A stretch of 64,000 nt of DNA from Chloroflexota bacterium (GCA_016210205.1 JACQUO010000034.1:3484-67483); one strand, 5' to 3'; shown: positions 10,958-22,412, counted from the stretch's first letter. Translations and numbers: made by a program. The notes: generated by a model from the sequence alone, not told the origin.

Positions 10958-11338
10958 TCAGAAACTCAGGCCCGCCTTGCGGGCAGCTTCGGCCAGGGCC
11001 TTGACACGGCCATGATATTGGTAGCCACCGCGGTCGAAGACCACCTTCTCGATGCCCTTCTCCCGGGCCCGTTGGGCCAGCAGCGCGCCCACCAGGGCCG
11101 CTCTAGCGGTCTTGTTGGCCTGGCTGCCGTTGGTGGACCGCAGGGTCTCTTCTATGCTGGAGGCCGCAGCCAGGGTGTGCCCCTTAAGGTCATCAATAAC
11201 CTGGGCGTAGATTTCGTTCGAGCTGCGAAAGACGCATAGCCGGGGCCGCCCCGGGGTACCAGAAACCCTCACCCGAATCCGGGCATGGCGCCGGTAACGG
11301 GGGACTCGCTGGTCCTTTTTAGGATAGTAACGCGGCAT
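10958..11338 (-). CDS. rplR: 50S ribosomal protein L18 (uL18)
   Basis: 126 aa. [20 protein letters not shown] motif. Confidence 0.95.
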   Translation of the reverse strand: MPRYYPKKDQRVPRYRRHARIRVRVSGTPGRPRLCVFRSSNEIYAQVIDDLKGHTLAAASSIEETLRSTNGSQANKTARAALVGALLAQRAREKGIEKVVFDRGGYQYHGRVKALAEAARKAGLSF

Positions 11339-11889
11339 TACTTCTTGGCCCCCACTTTGCCCGCCTTGCCTGCCTTGCGGCGGATGATTTCCCCATGATA
11401 GCGGATGCCCTTCCCTTTGTAAGGCTCGGCGGGGCGCAGCCGCCGAATTTGGGCGGCGATTTCGCCCACCAGCTCTTTGTCGGCGCCCGCCACGGCCACC
11501 CTGGTGTTGCCCTCCACCGAGAAGATGATGCCGGAAGGCGGAGCCACCTCCACCGGGTGGGTGAAGCCCAAAGCCAGCACCAGCTTGGGCCCCGACATGG
11601 CGGCGCGGTAGCCCACGCCCTCCAAATCCAGGTCTCGGCGAAAGCCCTGGCTCACCCCCGTGACCATGTTGGACACCAGCGTGCGGGTGAGGCCGTGAAG
11701 GCTCCGCTCCATCTTGCTCTCCCCGCGGCGAAAGACCCGAAGCCAGCCCTCCTCCAGGGCCAGGGAGACCTCAGGCCGAAAGGAGCGCTTCAGCTCCCCC
11801 TTGGGGCCCTTGACGGCCACCTGGCCGTCGCTGATTTTAACCTCCACCCCCTGGGGGATGGCGATGGGCGCTTTACCGACCCGGGACAA
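11338..11889 (-). CDS. rplF: 50S ribosomal protein L6 (uL6)
   Basis: 183 aa. [17 protein letters not shown] start. Confidence 0.95.
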   Translation of the reverse strand: MSRVGKAPIAIPQGVEVKISDGQVAVKGPKGELKRSFRPEVSLALEEGWLRVFRRGESKMERSLHGLTRTLVSNMVTGVSQGFRRDLDLEGVGYRAAMSGPKLVLALGFTHPVEVAPPSGIIFSVEGNTRVAVAGADKELVGEIAAQIRRLRPAEPYKGKGIRYHGEIIRRKAGKAGKVGAKK

Positions 11890-11909
11890 GGCTCACCTCC
11901 GGGCAGCTC

Positions 11910-12311
11910 TTACCAAACATAGCAGAGCAACTCCCCGCCCACCTGGCGGCGCCGGGCCTCCCGACCCGTGAGCACCCCCTGGGGGGTGGTGACGATGGCC
12001 AGCCCCAGGCCGCCCCGCACCCGGGGGATGCGCTCCCAGGAGACATAGACCCTGAGCCCCGGCCGGCTCACCCGACGCAGGCCGCTGAGCACCGGCTCCT
12101 TGCGCCCGCTGTAGCTCAACTGTATCCTGAGCACCTTCTGCGAGGTGGGGCCTTTCAGGAGGGCGAAGTCCTTGACATAGCCCTCCTCCTTGAGGATGCG
12201 GGCCAGCTCTTCCTTCAAGCGCGAGGTGGGCATGGACACCGTCTCATGGCGGGCCCGGACGGCATTGCGAACCCGCGTCAGCATATCGGCGATGGGGTCG
12301 GTTGTGTTCAT
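11910..12311 (-). CDS. rpsH: 30S ribosomal protein S8 (uS8)
   Basis: 133 aa. [13 protein letters not shown] motif. Confidence 0.95.
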   Translation of the reverse strand: MNTTDPIADMLTRVRNAVRARHETVSMPTSRLKEELARILKEEGYVKDFALLKGPTSQKVLRIQLSYSGRKEPVLSGLRRVSRPGLRVYVSWERIPRVRGGLGLAIVTTPQGVLTGREARRRQVGGELLCYVW

Positions 12312-12315
12312 ACTG

Positions 12316-12501
12316 TCACCAACTGGACTTGCGCACGCCGGGGATTTCCCCTTGCAGAGCCAGCTTGCGGAAGCAGATGCGGCACAGGCCGAACTGGCGG
12401 ATGAAGGCCCGAGGCCGTCCGCAGAGGGCGCAGCGGTTGTGCTGCTGCGCCGGCCACTTGGGAGGCCGCTGGGACTTGAGGATTTTCGATAGTTTTGCCA
12501 C
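12316..12501 (-). CDS. rpsZ: 30S ribosomal protein S14 type Z (Zn-binding)
   Basis: 61 aa. [22 protein letters not shown] Cys4 motif. Confidence 0.95.
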   Translation of the reverse strand: MAKLSKILKSQRPPKWPAQQHNRCALCGRPRAFIRQFGLCRICFRKLALQGEIPGVRKSSW

Positions 12502-12535
12502 TGGCTCTACGTCCTTAATCTATGACTTTATTGGG

Positions 12536-13078
12536 CTAACGGGCGAAGGGCATGCCCATAAGCTGCAGGAGACGGCGGCCTTCCTCATCGCTCCGAGCGG
12601 TGGTGACGATGGTCACCTCCAGGCCGCGGATTTTCTCCACCTTCTGAATGTCTATCTCCGGGAAGACCGTCTGCTCCCGGAGCCCCAGGCTATAGTTGCC
12701 CCGGCCGTCGAACCCCCGGGGAGAGACCCCGTTGAAGTCCCGCAGGCGGGATAAGGTGGCGCTCACCAGCCGGTCATAAAAATAATACATCCGGTCGCCC
12801 CGAAGCGTCACTACCATCCCTATGGGCATCCCCGCCCGTATCTTGAAGTTGGCGATGGCGCGCTTGGCCCGGGTGATGACGGCATGCTGCCCGGTGATGG
12901 CTGCCAGGTCGCCTCGGGCGGAGTCGATGGCTTTGTCGTTCTCCTTGGCCTCTCCCAGGCCGATGTTGACCACGATTTTCTTGAGCCGAGGCACCTGCAT
13001 GACATTGCGGTAGCCGAACTCTTTCATGAGGGCCGGGGCTATCTCGGTCCGGTATCTTTCCTGAAAACGGGGAGCCAT
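12536..13078 (-). CDS. rplE: 50S ribosomal protein L5 (uL5)
   Basis: Start set at ATG 13078 ([23 protein letters not shown]...), 2 nt downstream of the rplX stop. The ORF-track start at 13171 would overlap rplX by about 90 nt. Confidence 0.92.
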   Translation of the reverse strand: MAPRFQERYRTEIAPALMKEFGYRNVMQVPRLKKIVVNIGLGEAKENDKAIDSARGDLAAITGQHAVITRAKRAIANFKIRAGMPIGMVVTLRGDRMYYFYDRLVSATLSRLRDFNGVSPRGFDGRGNYSLGLREQTVFPEIDIQKVEKIRGLEVTIVTTARSDEEGRRLLQLMGMPFAR

Positions 13079-13080
13079 GG

Positions 13081-13395
13081 CTAGTCCATCACCTCCCCGC
13101 ATTTCTGGCACTGGCGCACCTTGGTGCCATCCTCCAGCCACTTGAAGTTCACCCGGGTGGGCTTGCTGCACTTGCCGCAGACAGGCATGAGGTTGGAGAG
13201 ATGAATGGGCGCCTCCATGGTGATGATGCCCCCCTGGCGCGCCGGGGGCCGGGCCTTCTGATGCTTCTTCACCTGGTTCACGCCCTCCACCTGGGCCCGG
13301 TTCACCTCGGGCAGGATGCGGTGGACCTTCCCCTGCTTGCCCCGGTCTCGGCCAGCGAGCACCTGAACGGTATCGCCTTTTTTTATCCTGGCCAT
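13081..13395 (-). CDS. rplX: 50S ribosomal protein L24 (uL24) with a Cys4 C-terminal segment
   Basis: 104 aa. KOW motif [20 protein letters not shown]. The C-terminal part has CGKC...CQKC. Confidence 0.95.
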   Translation of the reverse strand: MARIKKGDTVQVLAGRDRGKQGKVHRILPEVNRAQVEGVNQVKKHQKARPPARQGGIITMEAPIHLSNLMPVCGKCSKPTRVNFKWLEDGTKVRQCQKCGEVMD

Positions 13396-13396
13396 C

Positions 13397-13765
13397 TCAA
13401 ATCACCTCGGGGGCCAGGGAGATAATCTTCATGAAGTTCTTCTCCCTAAGCTCCCGGGCCACGGGCCCGAAGATGCGGGTGCCCTTGGGGTTGTTCTTGT
13501 CCGTGAGCACCACGGCGGCGTTATCGTCGAAGCGGACGTAGGTGCCATCGGAGCGGCTGAAGTTCCGGGCTACCCGCACTACCACCGCTCGGACCACCTC
13601 GCCCTTCTTCACCGAGGCCCCGGGGATGGCGGCCTTCACGGAGGCCACGATGGTATCCCCCACCCGGGCATAGCGACGCCGGGTGCCTCCCGGGATGTTG
13701 ATGCACATGAGCTGGCGGGCCCCGGAGTTGTCCGCCACCTTGAGCCGGGTATAAGTCCTAATCAT
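13397..13765 (-). CDS. rplN: 50S ribosomal protein L14 (uL14)
   Basis: 122 aa. [17 protein letters not shown] start. Confidence 0.95.
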   Translation of the reverse strand: MIRTYTRLKVADNSGARQLMCINIPGGTRRRYARVGDTIVASVKAAIPGASVKKGEVVRAVVVRVARNFSRSDGTYVRFDDNAAVVLTDKNNPKGTRIFGPVARELREKNFMKIISLAPEVI

Positions 13766-14124
13766 GGCTGCCGGGCCTCCTGAACGGGCGCCGGGCTGGG
13801 GCTAAGGCTGGCGGCGGGGCGTTCTAACTCTGCGCCAATCTCCTGGGGGCGGACCTCCGCCACATGGCCGTGGGCCAGGATTTCCGCCACCCGCCATCGC
13901 TTGAGGCGGGACAGGGGGCGCGTCTCCACGATACGCACCTGGTCCCCCAGATGGCATTCGCCCTGGGCATCATGGGCCATGAACTTGGTCCGGTGCTTTA
14001 TGACCCGATGGTAACGGGGATGAAGGCGGAGGGTCTCCACCTGCACCACCACGGTCTTCTGCATCTTGGCGCTCACTACCCGGCCCACGCGGGTCTTGCG
14101 GTTAGCTTCCCACGGTTGAATCAT
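13762..14124 (-). CDS. rpsQ: 30S ribosomal protein S17 (uS17) with C-terminal tail
   Basis: 120 aa. Core [17 protein letters not shown] plus a ~35-aa extra tail. Confidence 0.9.
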   Translation of the reverse strand: MIQPWEANRKTRVGRVVSAKMQKTVVVQVETLRLHPRYHRVIKHRTKFMAHDAQGECHLGDQVRIVETRPLSRLKRWRVAEILAHGHVAEVRPQEIGAELERPAASLSPSPAPVQEARQP

Positions 14125-14128
14125 GCCC

Positions 14129-14326
14129 TTATCCTACTCCCAACTCTCGTTCCCTCAGGAGGGTCTTGATGCGGGCGATTTTCTGCCTGACCTTGCGCAT
14201 CTCTCGGTGGTTGGGCTGCTGCTGGGTAGTCAGGCGAAAGCGCAGGTTGAGGAGAGCCTCATAGGCCTGGCCCAGTTCCTTGGCCAACTCCGGCCCGCCC
14301 AGGGCGCGCAGCTCCTGTGTCTTCAT
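14129..14326 (-). CDS. rpmC: 50S ribosomal protein L29 (uL29)
   Basis: 65 aa. Helical, Lys/Arg/Glu-rich. Sits between rplP and rpsQ. Confidence 0.93.
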   Translation of the reverse strand: MKTQELRALGGPELAKELGQAYEALLNLRFRLTTQQQPNHREMRKVRQKIARIKTLLRERELGVG

Positions 14327-14766
14327 GTCGCCGCCTCCACCTCTGGGGCAGCGCCTTCCTGGGCCCGCTGGATGATTCTGGTCTTCACCGGCAGCTTGGA
14401 GGCAGCCAGGCGCAGGGCCTCCCGGGCCACCTCGTCCCGAATTCCACCCAGCTCGAAGAGCATGCGCCCCCGCTTGACATTGGCCACCCAGTACTCGGGA
14501 GCGCCCTTGCCGCTGCCCATGCGGGTTTCTGCCGCTTTTTTGGTAATCGACTTATCGGGGAAGACGCGAATCCAGACTTTGCCGCCTCGCTTCATATGGT
14601 GGGTGATGGCCCGCCGGGCAGCCTCAATCTGCCGGGCCGTCATCCAGAAACCCTCCAGGGCCTGGATGCCGTAGTCGCCGAAGACCAGAGTGCTGCCCCT
14701 CCAGGCGGTGCCCCTCCGGTTGCCCCGGTGGACTTTGCGGTGCTTGACCCGCTTAGGCTGTAGCAT
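14323..14766 (-). CDS. rplP: 50S ribosomal protein L16 (uL16)
   Basis: 147 aa. [16 protein letters not shown] start. Confidence 0.95.
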   Translation of the reverse strand: MLQPKRVKHRKVHRGNRRGTAWRGSTLVFGDYGIQALEGFWMTARQIEAARRAITHHMKRGGKVWIRVFPDKSITKKAAETRMGSGKGAPEYWVANVKRGRMLFELGGIRDEVAREALRLAASKLPVKTRIIQRAQEGAAPEVEAAT

Positions 14767-15544
14767 CGGCGACCTCTGCTACCTGGCTTACGGGGGTCTC
14801 GACAGCGGCGGGAGGCGCAGCCGCGGGGGCCGTCGTCTGCGGGGCCACTGGTCGTGGCGCGCCCCGCCTGGCCTGGGCCGGGGACGCCTCTGCGGCCGCG
14901 GCCGCGGCCTCGGGCCCTCTAAGCCGGACATCCCCCCTATATATCCACACCTTCACCCCGACCTGCCCCAAAGTAGTTAGGGCCTCGGCGATGCCGAAAT
15001 CGATGTCCGCCCGGATGGTGTGGAGCGGGACCTGGCCCACATGCTCTTTCTCCCGCCGGGCCAGTTCGGAGCCACCCAGACGGCCCGAGGCCAGGATTTT
15101 TATCCCTTTGGCCCCCCGCTGCATGGTGCGGTTGGCCGCCTGCTTGATGGCGCGGCGGTAGGCCACCCGGCGTTCGATTTGGTCCGCCACGCTGCGGGCG
15201 ACGAGGGCGGCATCAAGCTCCGGCTCCCTGATTTCCTGAATGTTGAGACGCACCTTGGTCCCGACCTGTTTCTCCAGGGCGGACCTGGTCTCCTCCACCC
15301 GCTGCCCCCCCCGGCCGATGACTATCCCTGGCCGGGCCGTGAAGATGTCCACCACCACATCATGGCCCCCCCGGTCGATTTCCACCCGGGCGATGCTGGC
15401 GTCGCGATAGCGCTTCATGATGGCGCGTCGTATCTTCAGGTCCTCCAGGAGGCGGGTTCGGTAGTCCTTACGGGCGAACCACTTGGACTTCCAGCCCTTG
15501 TGGATGCCCAAGCGGAACCCTAGCGGATGTGTTTTCTGTCCCAA
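14753..15544 (-). CDS. rpsC: 30S ribosomal protein S3 (uS3) with Ala/Pro-rich tail
   Basis: 263 aa. [13 protein letters not shown] start. Has a ~45-aa low-complexity C-terminal tail. Confidence 0.95.
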   Translation of the reverse strand: MGQKTHPLGFRLGIHKGWKSKWFARKDYRTRLLEDLKIRRAIMKRYRDASIARVEIDRGGHDVVVDIFTARPGIVIGRGGQRVEETRSALEKQVGTKVRLNIQEIREPELDAALVARSVADQIERRVAYRRAIKQAANRTMQRGAKGIKILASGRLGGSELARREKEHVGQVPLHTIRADIDFGIAEALTTLGQVGVKVWIYRGDVRLRGPEAAAAAAEASPAQARRGAPRPVAPQTTAPAAAPPAAVETPVSQVAEVADATA

Positions 15545-15580
15545 CGGCTTCTCCTCTGTCTTAGAAAGCTATGATTTCCT

Positions 15581-15907
15581 TCAGCCCACCACTACTGTGA
15601 GATGAGAAAAGCGGCGTTTCCGCGGGCTGGGACGCCCCCGGGAGCGGGGGCGGAAACGCTTCAGCATGAGCCCTTTATCGGCGATAACCCGCACGACCCG
15701 GAGCTCCCCTCCCCCGGCCTGGAACTTCCCCTCGGCGTTGGCCGCCGCCGACTTCACCGCTTTGGCCAACAGGCGAGCATTGGGGGAAGGCAGCTGGTTT
15801 AGCAGCCCCAGGGCCTCCTCCACCTTGCGGCCTTTGACCGCCTCGGCCAGGAGCCGCAGCTTGCGGGGGGAGACGGGGATATTCTTAGCTACCGCGCGAG
15901 CTTCCAT
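15581..15907 (-). CDS. rplV: 50S ribosomal protein L22 (uL22)
   Basis: 108 aa. Begins MEARAVAKNIPVSPRKLRLLAEAVKGRKV. Sits between rpsS and rpsC. Confidence 0.93.
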   Translation of the reverse strand: MEARAVAKNIPVSPRKLRLLAEAVKGRKVEEALGLLNQLPSPNARLLAKAVKSAAANAEGKFQAGGGELRVVRVIADKGLMLKRFRPRSRGRPSPRKRRFSHLTVVVG

Positions 15908-15919
15908 CAGTCCCTATCC

Positions 15920-16216
15920 TCACGCCTGTCTTCGCTGCTGGGTCGTCGGCCGGTCTGACTTCTTGGAGTGGCCCCGGAAGAGCCTGGTGGCGGCGAACTC
16001 CCCCAGCCGGTGGCCCACCATGTTCTCGGTGACAAAGATGGGCACGTGGCGCCGCCCGTCGTGGATGCCGATAGTTTGTCCAATCATCTGGGGCACCACC
16101 ACCGAGGCGCGGGCCCAGGTCTTGATGACCGCCTTCTGCCCGCTGCGACCAGCGGCCTCCACCTTCTTCAGGAGCTTCTCATCCACATAGGGGCCTTTTC
16201 TGACGGAACGAGACAC
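15920..16216 (-). CDS. rpsS: 30S ribosomal protein S19 (uS19)
   Basis: 98 aa. [16 protein letters not shown] motif. Confidence 0.95.
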   Translation of the reverse strand: MSRSVRKGPYVDEKLLKKVEAAGRSGQKAVIKTWARASVVVPQMIGQTIGIHDGRRHVPIFVTENMVGHRLGEFAATRLFRGHSKKSDRPTTQQRRQA

Positions 16217-16228
16217 GGCGCCTCCCCC

Positions 16229-17053
16229 TTAGTCCCTTCTCTTGACAATAAACCGGTCGGAGCGGCGGCTGCGGCGGGTGCGATAGCCCAGGGCCGGCTT
16301 GCCCCAAGGGGTCTTGGGGCCCGGCATCCCAATGCCAGAGCGGCCCTCGCCGCCGCCATGAGGGTGGGAGGCGGGGTCCATGGCCACGCCCCGCACCTCG
16401 GGCCGGCGGCCCATGTGCCGGCTGCGCCCCGCCTTGCCCAGGCTGATATGCCCGTGGTCCACATTGCCCACCTGGCCCACGGTGGCGCAGCATTCGGCAT
16501 CGATGCGCCGCATCTCGCCAGAGGGGAGGCGCACCAGGACATACTTCCCTTCCTTGGCCATGAGCTGGGCGGAGGCGCCGGCGCTCCGCACCAGCTGTCC
16601 GCCCTTGCCCCGAGTCAGCTCCACATTGTGAATCATGGTGCCCGCGGGCATGAGGTTCATGCGCAGGTGGTTGCCCGGCCTCACTTCGGCGTCGGGGCCG
16701 GACCGGACCGTATGCCCCACCAAAAGCCCCTGGGGAGCCAGGATGTAGCGCCTGTCCCCGTCCTCATACCGAATGAGGGCGATGCGCCCAGAGCGATTGG
16801 GGTCATACTCGATGCTGGCGACGACGCCCGCCACCCCTTCCTTGTCCCGACGGAAATCAATGAGGCGCAAGCTCCGCTTGGCCCCGCCGCCGCGGTGGCG
16901 CACCGTGACGCGTCCCTGGTTGTTCCGTCCCCCCCTTTTCTTCAGTGGGGTGGTCAGGGACTTCTGCGGCCGCTTGGCGGTAATCTCGGCGAAATCGTGG
17001 AGGGCTGTGCCGCGCAAGGACGGGGTCAGCGGCCTGAAGGTCTTAACCCCCAT
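16229..17053 (-). CDS. rplB: 50S ribosomal protein L2 (uL2)
   Basis: 274 aa. [17 protein letters not shown] and HPHGGGEGR motifs. Confidence 0.95.
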   Translation of the reverse strand: MGVKTFRPLTPSLRGTALHDFAEITAKRPQKSLTTPLKKRGGRNNQGRVTVRHRGGGAKRSLRLIDFRRDKEGVAGVVASIEYDPNRSGRIALIRYEDGDRRYILAPQGLLVGHTVRSGPDAEVRPGNHLRMNLMPAGTMIHNVELTRGKGGQLVRSAGASAQLMAKEGKYVLVRLPSGEMRRIDAECCATVGQVGNVDHGHISLGKAGRSRHMGRRPEVRGVAMDPASHPHGGGEGRSGIGMPGPKTPWGKPALGYRTRRSRRSDRFIVKRRD

Positions 17054-17088
17054 GGCCTACCCCCTTCCTCAGACATCCCAGGAAAGAG

Positions 17089-17373
17089 CTACACGCCTTC
17101 ATAGAACTCCAGCTTCTGCCCTGCCTGCAGGGTGACCACGGCCTTCTTCCAGGACGAGGTGAAGGCGGGTCGGCGTCCGATGGCCCGCCTCTTCCCCGGC
17201 ACCGTCATCACATTCACCGCAAGCACCTTCACCTTGAAGGCCTTCTCCACTGCGGCCTTTATCTGAGGTTTGGTGGCATCAGTTGAAACTTCGAAAAGAT
17301 ACTTATTCAGGGCCTGCAGGGCGGTCCCCTTCTCGGAGATGATGGGCCGCCGCAGGACTTCGTAGAGTTCCAC
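17089..17373 (-). CDS. rplW: 50S ribosomal protein L23 (uL23)
   Basis: 94 aa. Sits between rplD and rplB. YEVLRRPIISEKGT start region. Confidence 0.93.
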   Translation of the reverse strand: MELYEVLRRPIISEKGTALQALNKYLFEVSTDATKPQIKAAVEKAFKVKVLAVNVMTVPGKRRAIGRRPAFTSSWKKAVVTLQAGQKLEFYEGV

Positions 17374-17376
17374 GGG

Positions 17377-18099
17377 CTAAGCCTCCGCCTTCTTGGCCTC
17401 TGCCTTGGGCTTCCGTACGCGCTTCCTTACGGGCGCCGGCTCCGTCGCCTCCGGCGCCACCGCCTCCAGCTCTCCGGGCTTGCCCCAGAGCTCCTGCACC
17501 CGGCCCAGGCCCGCGGTGGTCATGAGCACATGGCGATGGTTCAGGAGGTCGCCGATATTGAGCAGCGAGGCCGGCAGGGTCTTGACGCCTGGCAAATTCC
17601 GAGCAGACTTGATGACATTCTCCTCGGGTTTCTCGGTGACGATGAGGACGGTGCCCTCCAGCCCCAGGGAGCCCAGAAGGGCCACCATGTCCCTGGTCTT
17701 GGGCTGGGGGAAGGAAAAGCCCTCCAGCAGAGTAACCTCCCCGCCTTCGGCCTTGGCGGAGAGGACGGAAAGCATGGCCTTGCGCCGCATCTTCTTGGGC
17801 ATGTCTTGAGCATAGGAACGGGGGTGCGGCCCGAAGGCAACGCCGCTGCCACGCCGGTGGGGCGCTCGGAGGCTGCCCTGGCGGGCCCGCCCCGTCCCCT
17901 TCTGGCGATAGAGCTTGCGGGTGCTGCCCGCCACATCGCCCCGGGTCTTGGTGTCGGCGGTGCCCAGACGCTGGTCCGCCAGCTGCCGCATCAGGGCCTG
18001 ATGGGCCAGGCCCGAAGAGGAGGCCACGCCGAAGAGGCCGGCGGGCAACTCCTGCTCCCGCAGTACCTCGCCCTGGGGGGTGCGCACAGGCAGCTTCAT
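17377..18099 (-). CDS. rplD: 50S ribosomal protein L4 (uL4) with Lys/Ala-rich tail
   Basis: 240 aa. [12 protein letters not shown] motif plus a ~35-aa C-terminal tail. Confidence 0.95.
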   Translation of the reverse strand: MKLPVRTPQGEVLREQELPAGLFGVASSSGLAHQALMRQLADQRLGTADTKTRGDVAGSTRKLYRQKGTGRARQGSLRAPHRRGSGVAFGPHPRSYAQDMPKKMRRKAMLSVLSAKAEGGEVTLLEGFSFPQPKTRDMVALLGSLGLEGTVLIVTEKPEENVIKSARNLPGVKTLPASLLNIGDLLNHRHVLMTTAGLGRVQELWGKPGELEAVAPEATEPAPVRKRVRKPKAEAKKAEA

Positions 18100-18747
18100 C
18101 TACTTGGTGACCCCCGTTTTGTTGTCCTTCTTATTGCCCATCTTATTGATGGTGAGGAGGCCGCTCCGGGCCCCCGGGACCGACCCTTTAACCAGGAGCA
18201 GATGGCGCTCCTGGTCCACCCGAAACACCTCCAGGCGGCGCACCGTCACCCGCGCGTCGCCCAGGTGGCCCGCCATACGCAGGTTCTTGAGCACATGGCC
18301 CGGCTGGGTGTTGGAGCCGATGGAGCCCGGGGACCGCGGCCGGTCTGACTGGCCGTGGGTCTGGGGCCCGCCCGAGAAGTGATGGCGCTTCACCACGCCG
18401 GCGAAGCCCCGGCCCTTGGAAGTGCCAATCACCGCGATGCTATCCCCCGGGGTGAAGAGCCCCACATCCACCACCTGCCCCACTTTATAGTCCTCGGGCT
18501 GATCCACCCGAAACTCCCGCAGGTGACGGAAGGGTCCCAGGCCCTTGAGATGGCCTTTCTGAGGGGCATTGACCCGCTTGACCGGGCCGAAGCCAAGCTG
18601 CACCGCATCATAGCCGTCTTTGGCCCTGGTCTTCACCTGGATGACGGTGCAGGGGCCAGCAGCGATGGCAGTGATGCCGATGGGACGGCCAGTCTCTGAA
18701 AATATCTGGGCCATGCCCAGCTTGGTGCCTAATAGACCGTTCAACAT
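18100..18747 (-). CDS. rplC: 50S ribosomal protein L3 (uL3)
   Basis: 215 aa. GLLGTKLGMAQIF start region. Confidence 0.95.
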   Translation of the reverse strand: MLNGLLGTKLGMAQIFSETGRPIGITAIAAGPCTVIQVKTRAKDGYDAVQLGFGPVKRVNAPQKGHLKGLGPFRHLREFRVDQPEDYKVGQVVDVGLFTPGDSIAVIGTSKGRGFAGVVKRHHFSGGPQTHGQSDRPRSPGSIGSNTQPGHVLKNLRMAGHLGDARVTVRRLEVFRVDQERHLLLVKGSVPGARSGLLTINKMGNKKDNKTGVTK

Positions 18748-18759
18748 ATCTGGCAGAGC

Positions 18760-19068
18760 CTACAGCTTAATCTCAATGTCCACCCCGGAGGGCAGGTCCA
18801 GGTGAGTGAGGGCATCGATGGTCTTGGAGGTGGGCTCCAGGACATCGATGAGCCGATTGTGAGTCCGAATCTCGAACTGCTCCCGGGAGTCCTTGTCGAT
18901 GTGGGGAGAACGGATGACACATATCTTGCGGATATGGGTGGGCAAGGGGATAGGGCCGGCCACGGCCGCCCCGGTGCGCTCCGCCGCCTCCACAATCTGC
19001 TCCACGGAACGGTCCAGGACCCGATGGTCATACGCCCTGAGCCTTATTCGTATCTTCTGCTTTGCCAT
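18760..19068 (-). CDS. rpsJ: 30S ribosomal protein S10 (uS10)
   Basis: 102 aa. [15 protein letters not shown] motif. Confidence 0.95.
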   Translation of the reverse strand: MAKQKIRIRLRAYDHRVLDRSVEQIVEAAERTGAAVAGPIPLPTHIRKICVIRSPHIDKDSREQFEIRTHNRLIDVLEPTSKTIDALTHLDLPSGVDIEIKL

Positions 19069-19144
19069 ATTAGCTACCTTTTGAAGCTATGACGCCCCGC
19101 CCTTTTTACGCCAGACATATATACTACCATACTCTGGTTATTAA

Positions 19145-21220
19145 TCAACCCCGACCCCGAACGCTGATTTTAGCCACCATCTCCTCGGGCACCACCTGAT
19201 AGCGGTAAAGCTCCATGGTGTGGGTGGCCCGGCCCTGGGTCATGGAACGGAGGTCAGTGGCGTAGCCGAAAGCCTCACCCAGGGGCAAATGGCAGTGCAC
19301 CACCCGGTCGGTCCCTCGGATATCGATGCCCTGGATGTAGCCGCGGCGGGCATTGAGGTCGCCAATGACTTCCCCCAGGAACTCCTCGGGGGTAATCACC
19401 TCCATCTTCATGATGGGCTCCAGGAGGATGGGTTTGGCCTTGGCCAGGCCCGCCTTGACCCCCAGGGAGCCCGCCATCTTGAAGGCCATCTCCGAGGAGT
19501 CCACCTCGTGGTAGCTCCCGTCCACCAGGGTTACGCGCAAGTCGATGACGGGATAGCCCGCCAGGGCCCCGTTATTCAGGGCCTCTTTCACCCCGGCCCA
19601 GATTGGGGAGATGAACTCCCTGGGGACGGACCCGCCTACAATCTTGCTCACGAACTCCAGGCCCGCGCCTCGCTCCCGGGGCTCTAGCTCCATCACCACA
19701 TGGCCATACTGTCCGTGGCCCCCCGTCTGCTTGATGAAGCGCCCTTCGGCCCGCACCGGGATGCTGATGGTCTCCCGATAGGCCACCTGGGGACGGCCCA
19801 CCCGGGCCTCCACCCGGTACTCCCGGAGCATCCGGTCCACCAGCACCTCCAGGTGGAGCTCTCCCATGCCGGAGATGACCGTCTGGCCGGTCTCCTGGTC
19901 ATAGCGCACCTGGAAGGTGGGGTCCTCGTCCTGGAGGGTGTTCAGAGCCAGGCCCAGCTTGTCTTGGTCCGCCTTGGTCTTGGGCTCCACCGCCACGGCG
20001 ATGACCGGCTCCGGGAAGGTGATGGACTCCAGGATGATGGGGTGAGCAACGTCACAAAGGGTGTCGCCGGTGTAGGTGCTCTTCAGACCCACCGCCGCCA
20101 CGATGCTGCCGGCATAAACTTCCTCCAGCTCGACGCGCTGGTTGGCGTGCATCTGCACCAGGCGGCCCAAGCGCATGCGCTCCCCCCGGGTGATGTTCAT
20201 GACCTGGTCCCCCGTCTTGGCGTGGCCGGAATAGACCCGCATGTAGGCCAGCCGCCCCACATAGGGGTCCGCCACAATCTTGAAGGCCAGGGCCGAGAAA
20301 GGGGCCTCATCCCGCGCTTCACGGGAGAGCGCCTGGCCGGTCTTGGGGTCGTGGCCACGGATGGGGGGCTTATCGGCCGGGGAAGGGAGGTAGTCCACCA
20401 CCGCGTCCAGCATGGGTTGAATCCCCTTATGGCGCAGGGCGCTGCCGCACAGCACCGGCACCAGCCGGTAGGCCAAAGTGGCCCGCCGCAGGGCGGCCTT
20501 TATCTGGTCGGGGGAGATGGCCGCGCCCTCCAGATAGCGCATCATCAGCTCCTCATCAGCTTCGGCCACCCTCTCGATGAGGGACTCCCGGGAGCGGGCG
20601 ACCTGCTCCATGAGCTCCAGGGGTATATCCTGAACCAGGGGGAGGGCCGGAACAGCGCCTTCATAGACCAGGGCCCGCTCCTCGATGAGGTCCACCATGC
20701 CCCGAAAGGCGCTTTCCTGCCCCAGGGGCTCCTGGATAGGGACGGGGGTCGCCCCCAGCCGCTCCTTAATCATGGCCACCGTGCCTTGAAAGTCGGCCCC
20801 CACCCGGTCCATCTTGTTGATGAAGCAGATGCGGGGGACGGAGTATTTGTTGGCCTGACGCCACACGGTCTCCGACTGGGGCTCCACCCCCGAGACGGCG
20901 TCGAAGACCACCACCCCGCCATCCAGCACCCGGAGGCTGCGCTCCACCTCGGCGGTGAAGTCCACGTGCCCGGGGGTGTCGATGACGTTGACGCGGTGGT
21001 CGCGCCAGTCGCAGGAAGTGGCGGCCGCGGTGATGGTGATGCCCCGCTCCCGCTCCTGGGGCATCCAGTCCATGACCGTAGTTCCGGCATCCACATCGCC
21101 GATTTTATAGGTGCGCCCGGTGAAGAAGAGGACGCGCTCGGTCACCGTGGTCTTCCCCGCATCGATATGGGCGATGATGCCGATGTTCCGTATTTTTTCG
21201 ATGGGTATGGTCCTGGCCAA
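19145..21220 (-). CDS. fusA: translation elongation factor G
   Basis: G-domain motifs [17 protein letters not shown] and NKMD. Start set at TTG 21220 ([15 protein letters not shown]...) with AGGAAAG upstream. The ORF-track start at 21406 runs into rpsG. Confidence 0.92.
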   Translation of the reverse strand: MARTIPIEKIRNIGIIAHIDAGKTTVTERVLFFTGRTYKIGDVDAGTTVMDWMPQERERGITITAAATSCDWRDHRVNVIDTPGHVDFTAEVERSLRVLDGGVVVFDAVSGVEPQSETVWRQANKYSVPRICFINKMDRVGADFQGTVAMIKERLGATPVPIQEPLGQESAFRGMVDLIEERALVYEGAVPALPLVQDIPLELMEQVARSRESLIERVAEADEELMMRYLEGAAISPDQIKAALRRATLAYRLVPVLCGSALRHKGIQPMLDAVVDYLPSPADKPPIRGHDPKTGQALSREARDEAPFSALAFKIVADPYVGRLAYMRVYSGHAKTGDQVMNITRGERMRLGRLVQMHANQRVELEEVYAGSIVAAVGLKSTYTGDTLCDVAHPIILESITFPEPVIAVAVEPKTKADQDKLGLALNTLQDEDPTFQVRYDQETGQTVISGMGELHLEVLVDRMLREYRVEARVGRPQVAYRETISIPVRAEGRFIKQTGGHGQYGHVVMELEPRERGAGLEFVSKIVGGSVPREFISPIWAGVKEALNNGALAGYPVIDLRVTLVDGSYHEVDSSEMAFKMAGSLGVKAGLAKAKPILLEPIMKMEVITPEEFLGEVIGDLNARRGYIQGIDIRGTDRVVHCHLPLGEAFGYATDLRSMTQGRATHTMELYRYQVVPEEMVAKISVRGRG

Positions 21221-21326
21221 TGTGTCTCTGCTTTCCTGGGTTTTAGGCAAAGTATAAGGGTTTGCAGCCCGGCGTAACCCAATCATGGCGGGGGCGGCAA
21301 ACCCCGTGGGCGGCTTCGCTGCTGGT

Positions 21327-21797
21327 TTACCAGCGATAGTGGACGAAGGCCTTGTTGGCCTCCGCCATGCGGTGTGTCTCCTCCCGCTTTTTAACCGCGG
21401 CTCCATCTCCTTGAGCCGCGTCCACCAGCTCCGCGGCTAGCTTCCCGGCCATGGTCTTGCCCGACCGAGCCCGAGCGGCGGCGGCAATCCAACGCATGGC
21501 CAAAGCGGTGCGCCGTTCGGCTCGAATTTCCACGGGGACCTGATAGGTGGCCCCACCCACGCGGCGGGGCTTGACCTCCAGGAGGGGTGTGGTGTTCCGC
21601 AGGGCCTGCTCGAAGACATCCATGGCGCTTTTCCGCGCCTTGTTCTCCGCCTGTTCCATGGCGCTATAAACGACGCGCTGGGCCAAGCTCCGTTTGCCAT
21701 TGCTCATTATTCTGGAGATGAACTTGGTCAGCGTCCCGCTCTGGTACTTGGGGTCGAGGGCTACGGCTCTCTTGACAACCCGGCCGCGTCTAGGCAT
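21327..21797 (-). CDS. rpsG: 30S ribosomal protein S7 (uS7)
   Basis: 156 aa. Begins [18 protein letters not shown]. Sits between rpsL and fusA. Confidence 0.95.
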   Translation of the reverse strand: MPRRGRVVKRAVALDPKYQSGTLTKFISRIMSNGKRSLAQRVVYSAMEQAENKARKSAMDVFEQALRNTTPLLEVKPRRVGGATYQVPVEIRAERRTALAMRWIAAAARARSGKTMAGKLAAELVDAAQGDGAAVKKREETHRMAEANKAFVHYRW

Positions 21798-21824
21798 GGG
21801 ATTTCAACTCTTCTTTCGCAGGGC

Positions 21825-22253
21825 TTATGTCTCAGGGGTCTGCTTGGCCACCTTGGCCCCATACTTGCTGCGGCCCTGCTTGCGGTTGCTCACCCCCGCA
21901 CAGTCCAGGGCCCCGCGCACGATATGATATCGCACCCCCGGAAGGTCCTTCACCCGCCCGCCCCGGATGAGCACCACGGAGTGCTCCTGAAGGTTGTGCC
22001 CCTCGCCGGGGATGTAGGCGGTGACCTCGATGCCGTTGGTGAGGCGCACCCGGGCAATCTTCCGCAAAGCCGAGTTGGGCTTCTTGGGGGTCATGGTCTT
22101 GACCTGGGTGCACACCCCCCGCTTTTGGGGCGAGCCCTCCCCCGCCACCTGCCGGTTCTTGAGCGCGTTGTAGGTGAACCGCAGGGCCGGGGCCTTGACC
22201 TTCCCTTTAATGGGCTTCCGGCCTTTTCTCACCAACTGGCTGATAGTGGGCAA
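21825..22253 (-). CDS. rpsL: 30S ribosomal protein S12 (uS12)
   Basis: [12 protein letters not shown] and KKPNSALRK motifs. Start set at TTG 22253, preceded by GAGGGA. The ORF-track start is 22265. Confidence 0.93.
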   Translation of the reverse strand: MPTISQLVRKGRKPIKGKVKAPALRFTYNALKNRQVAGEGSPQKRGVCTQVKTMTPKKPNSALRKIARVRLTNGIEVTAYIPGEGHNLQEHSVVLIRGGRVKDLPGVRYHIVRGALDCAGVSNRKQGRSKYGAKVAKQTPET

Positions 22254-22290
22254 AGCATCCCTCAATCACTTTTTTCAGAGCCAAAACGGA

Positions 22291-22319
22291 ATTATATTTT
22301 CTTTCTCTCTCCCTGTCAA
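22291..22319 (-). promoter_or_regulatory. sigma70-type promoter for rpsL-rpsG-fusA (TTGACA-17-TATAAT)
   Basis: Minus strand reads cTTGACAgggagagagaaagaaaaTATAATtcc. The -35 is at 22314-22319 and the -10 at 22291-22296, about 40 nt upstream of rpsL. Confidence 0.7.
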
Positions 22320-22375
22320 GGCTAGCTATGGCGGCGGGGTTTGGCCTTTTGATTTTACCCACGCCAGGAAGCAAC

Positions 22376-22412
22376 CCAAAAGCCGGGGCTGCCCGCCAGT
22401 GCGAGCAGCCCC
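22376..22412 (-). terminator. intrinsic terminator after MFS transporter 1
   Basis: Minus strand has GGGGCTGC-N12-GCAGCCCC (22412-22385) followed by GGCTTTTGGG. It begins 26 nt after the stop codon. Confidence 0.65.

Noticed and set aside
19069-19144. Absence of tuf between fusA and rpsJ, and absence of ecf genes between rplQ and truA
   Set aside because: The observation is real, but many lineages keep tuf with secE-nusG and lack ECF genes at this site. It was judged ordinary operon variation.
19700-21277. 525-aa ORF on the plus strand
   Set aside because: It lies entirely antisense to fusA. The sequence is Gly/Arg/Pro/His-rich and low-complexity, typical of stop-free antisense frames in high-G+C DNA. 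No motifs or ribosome-binding site are present.
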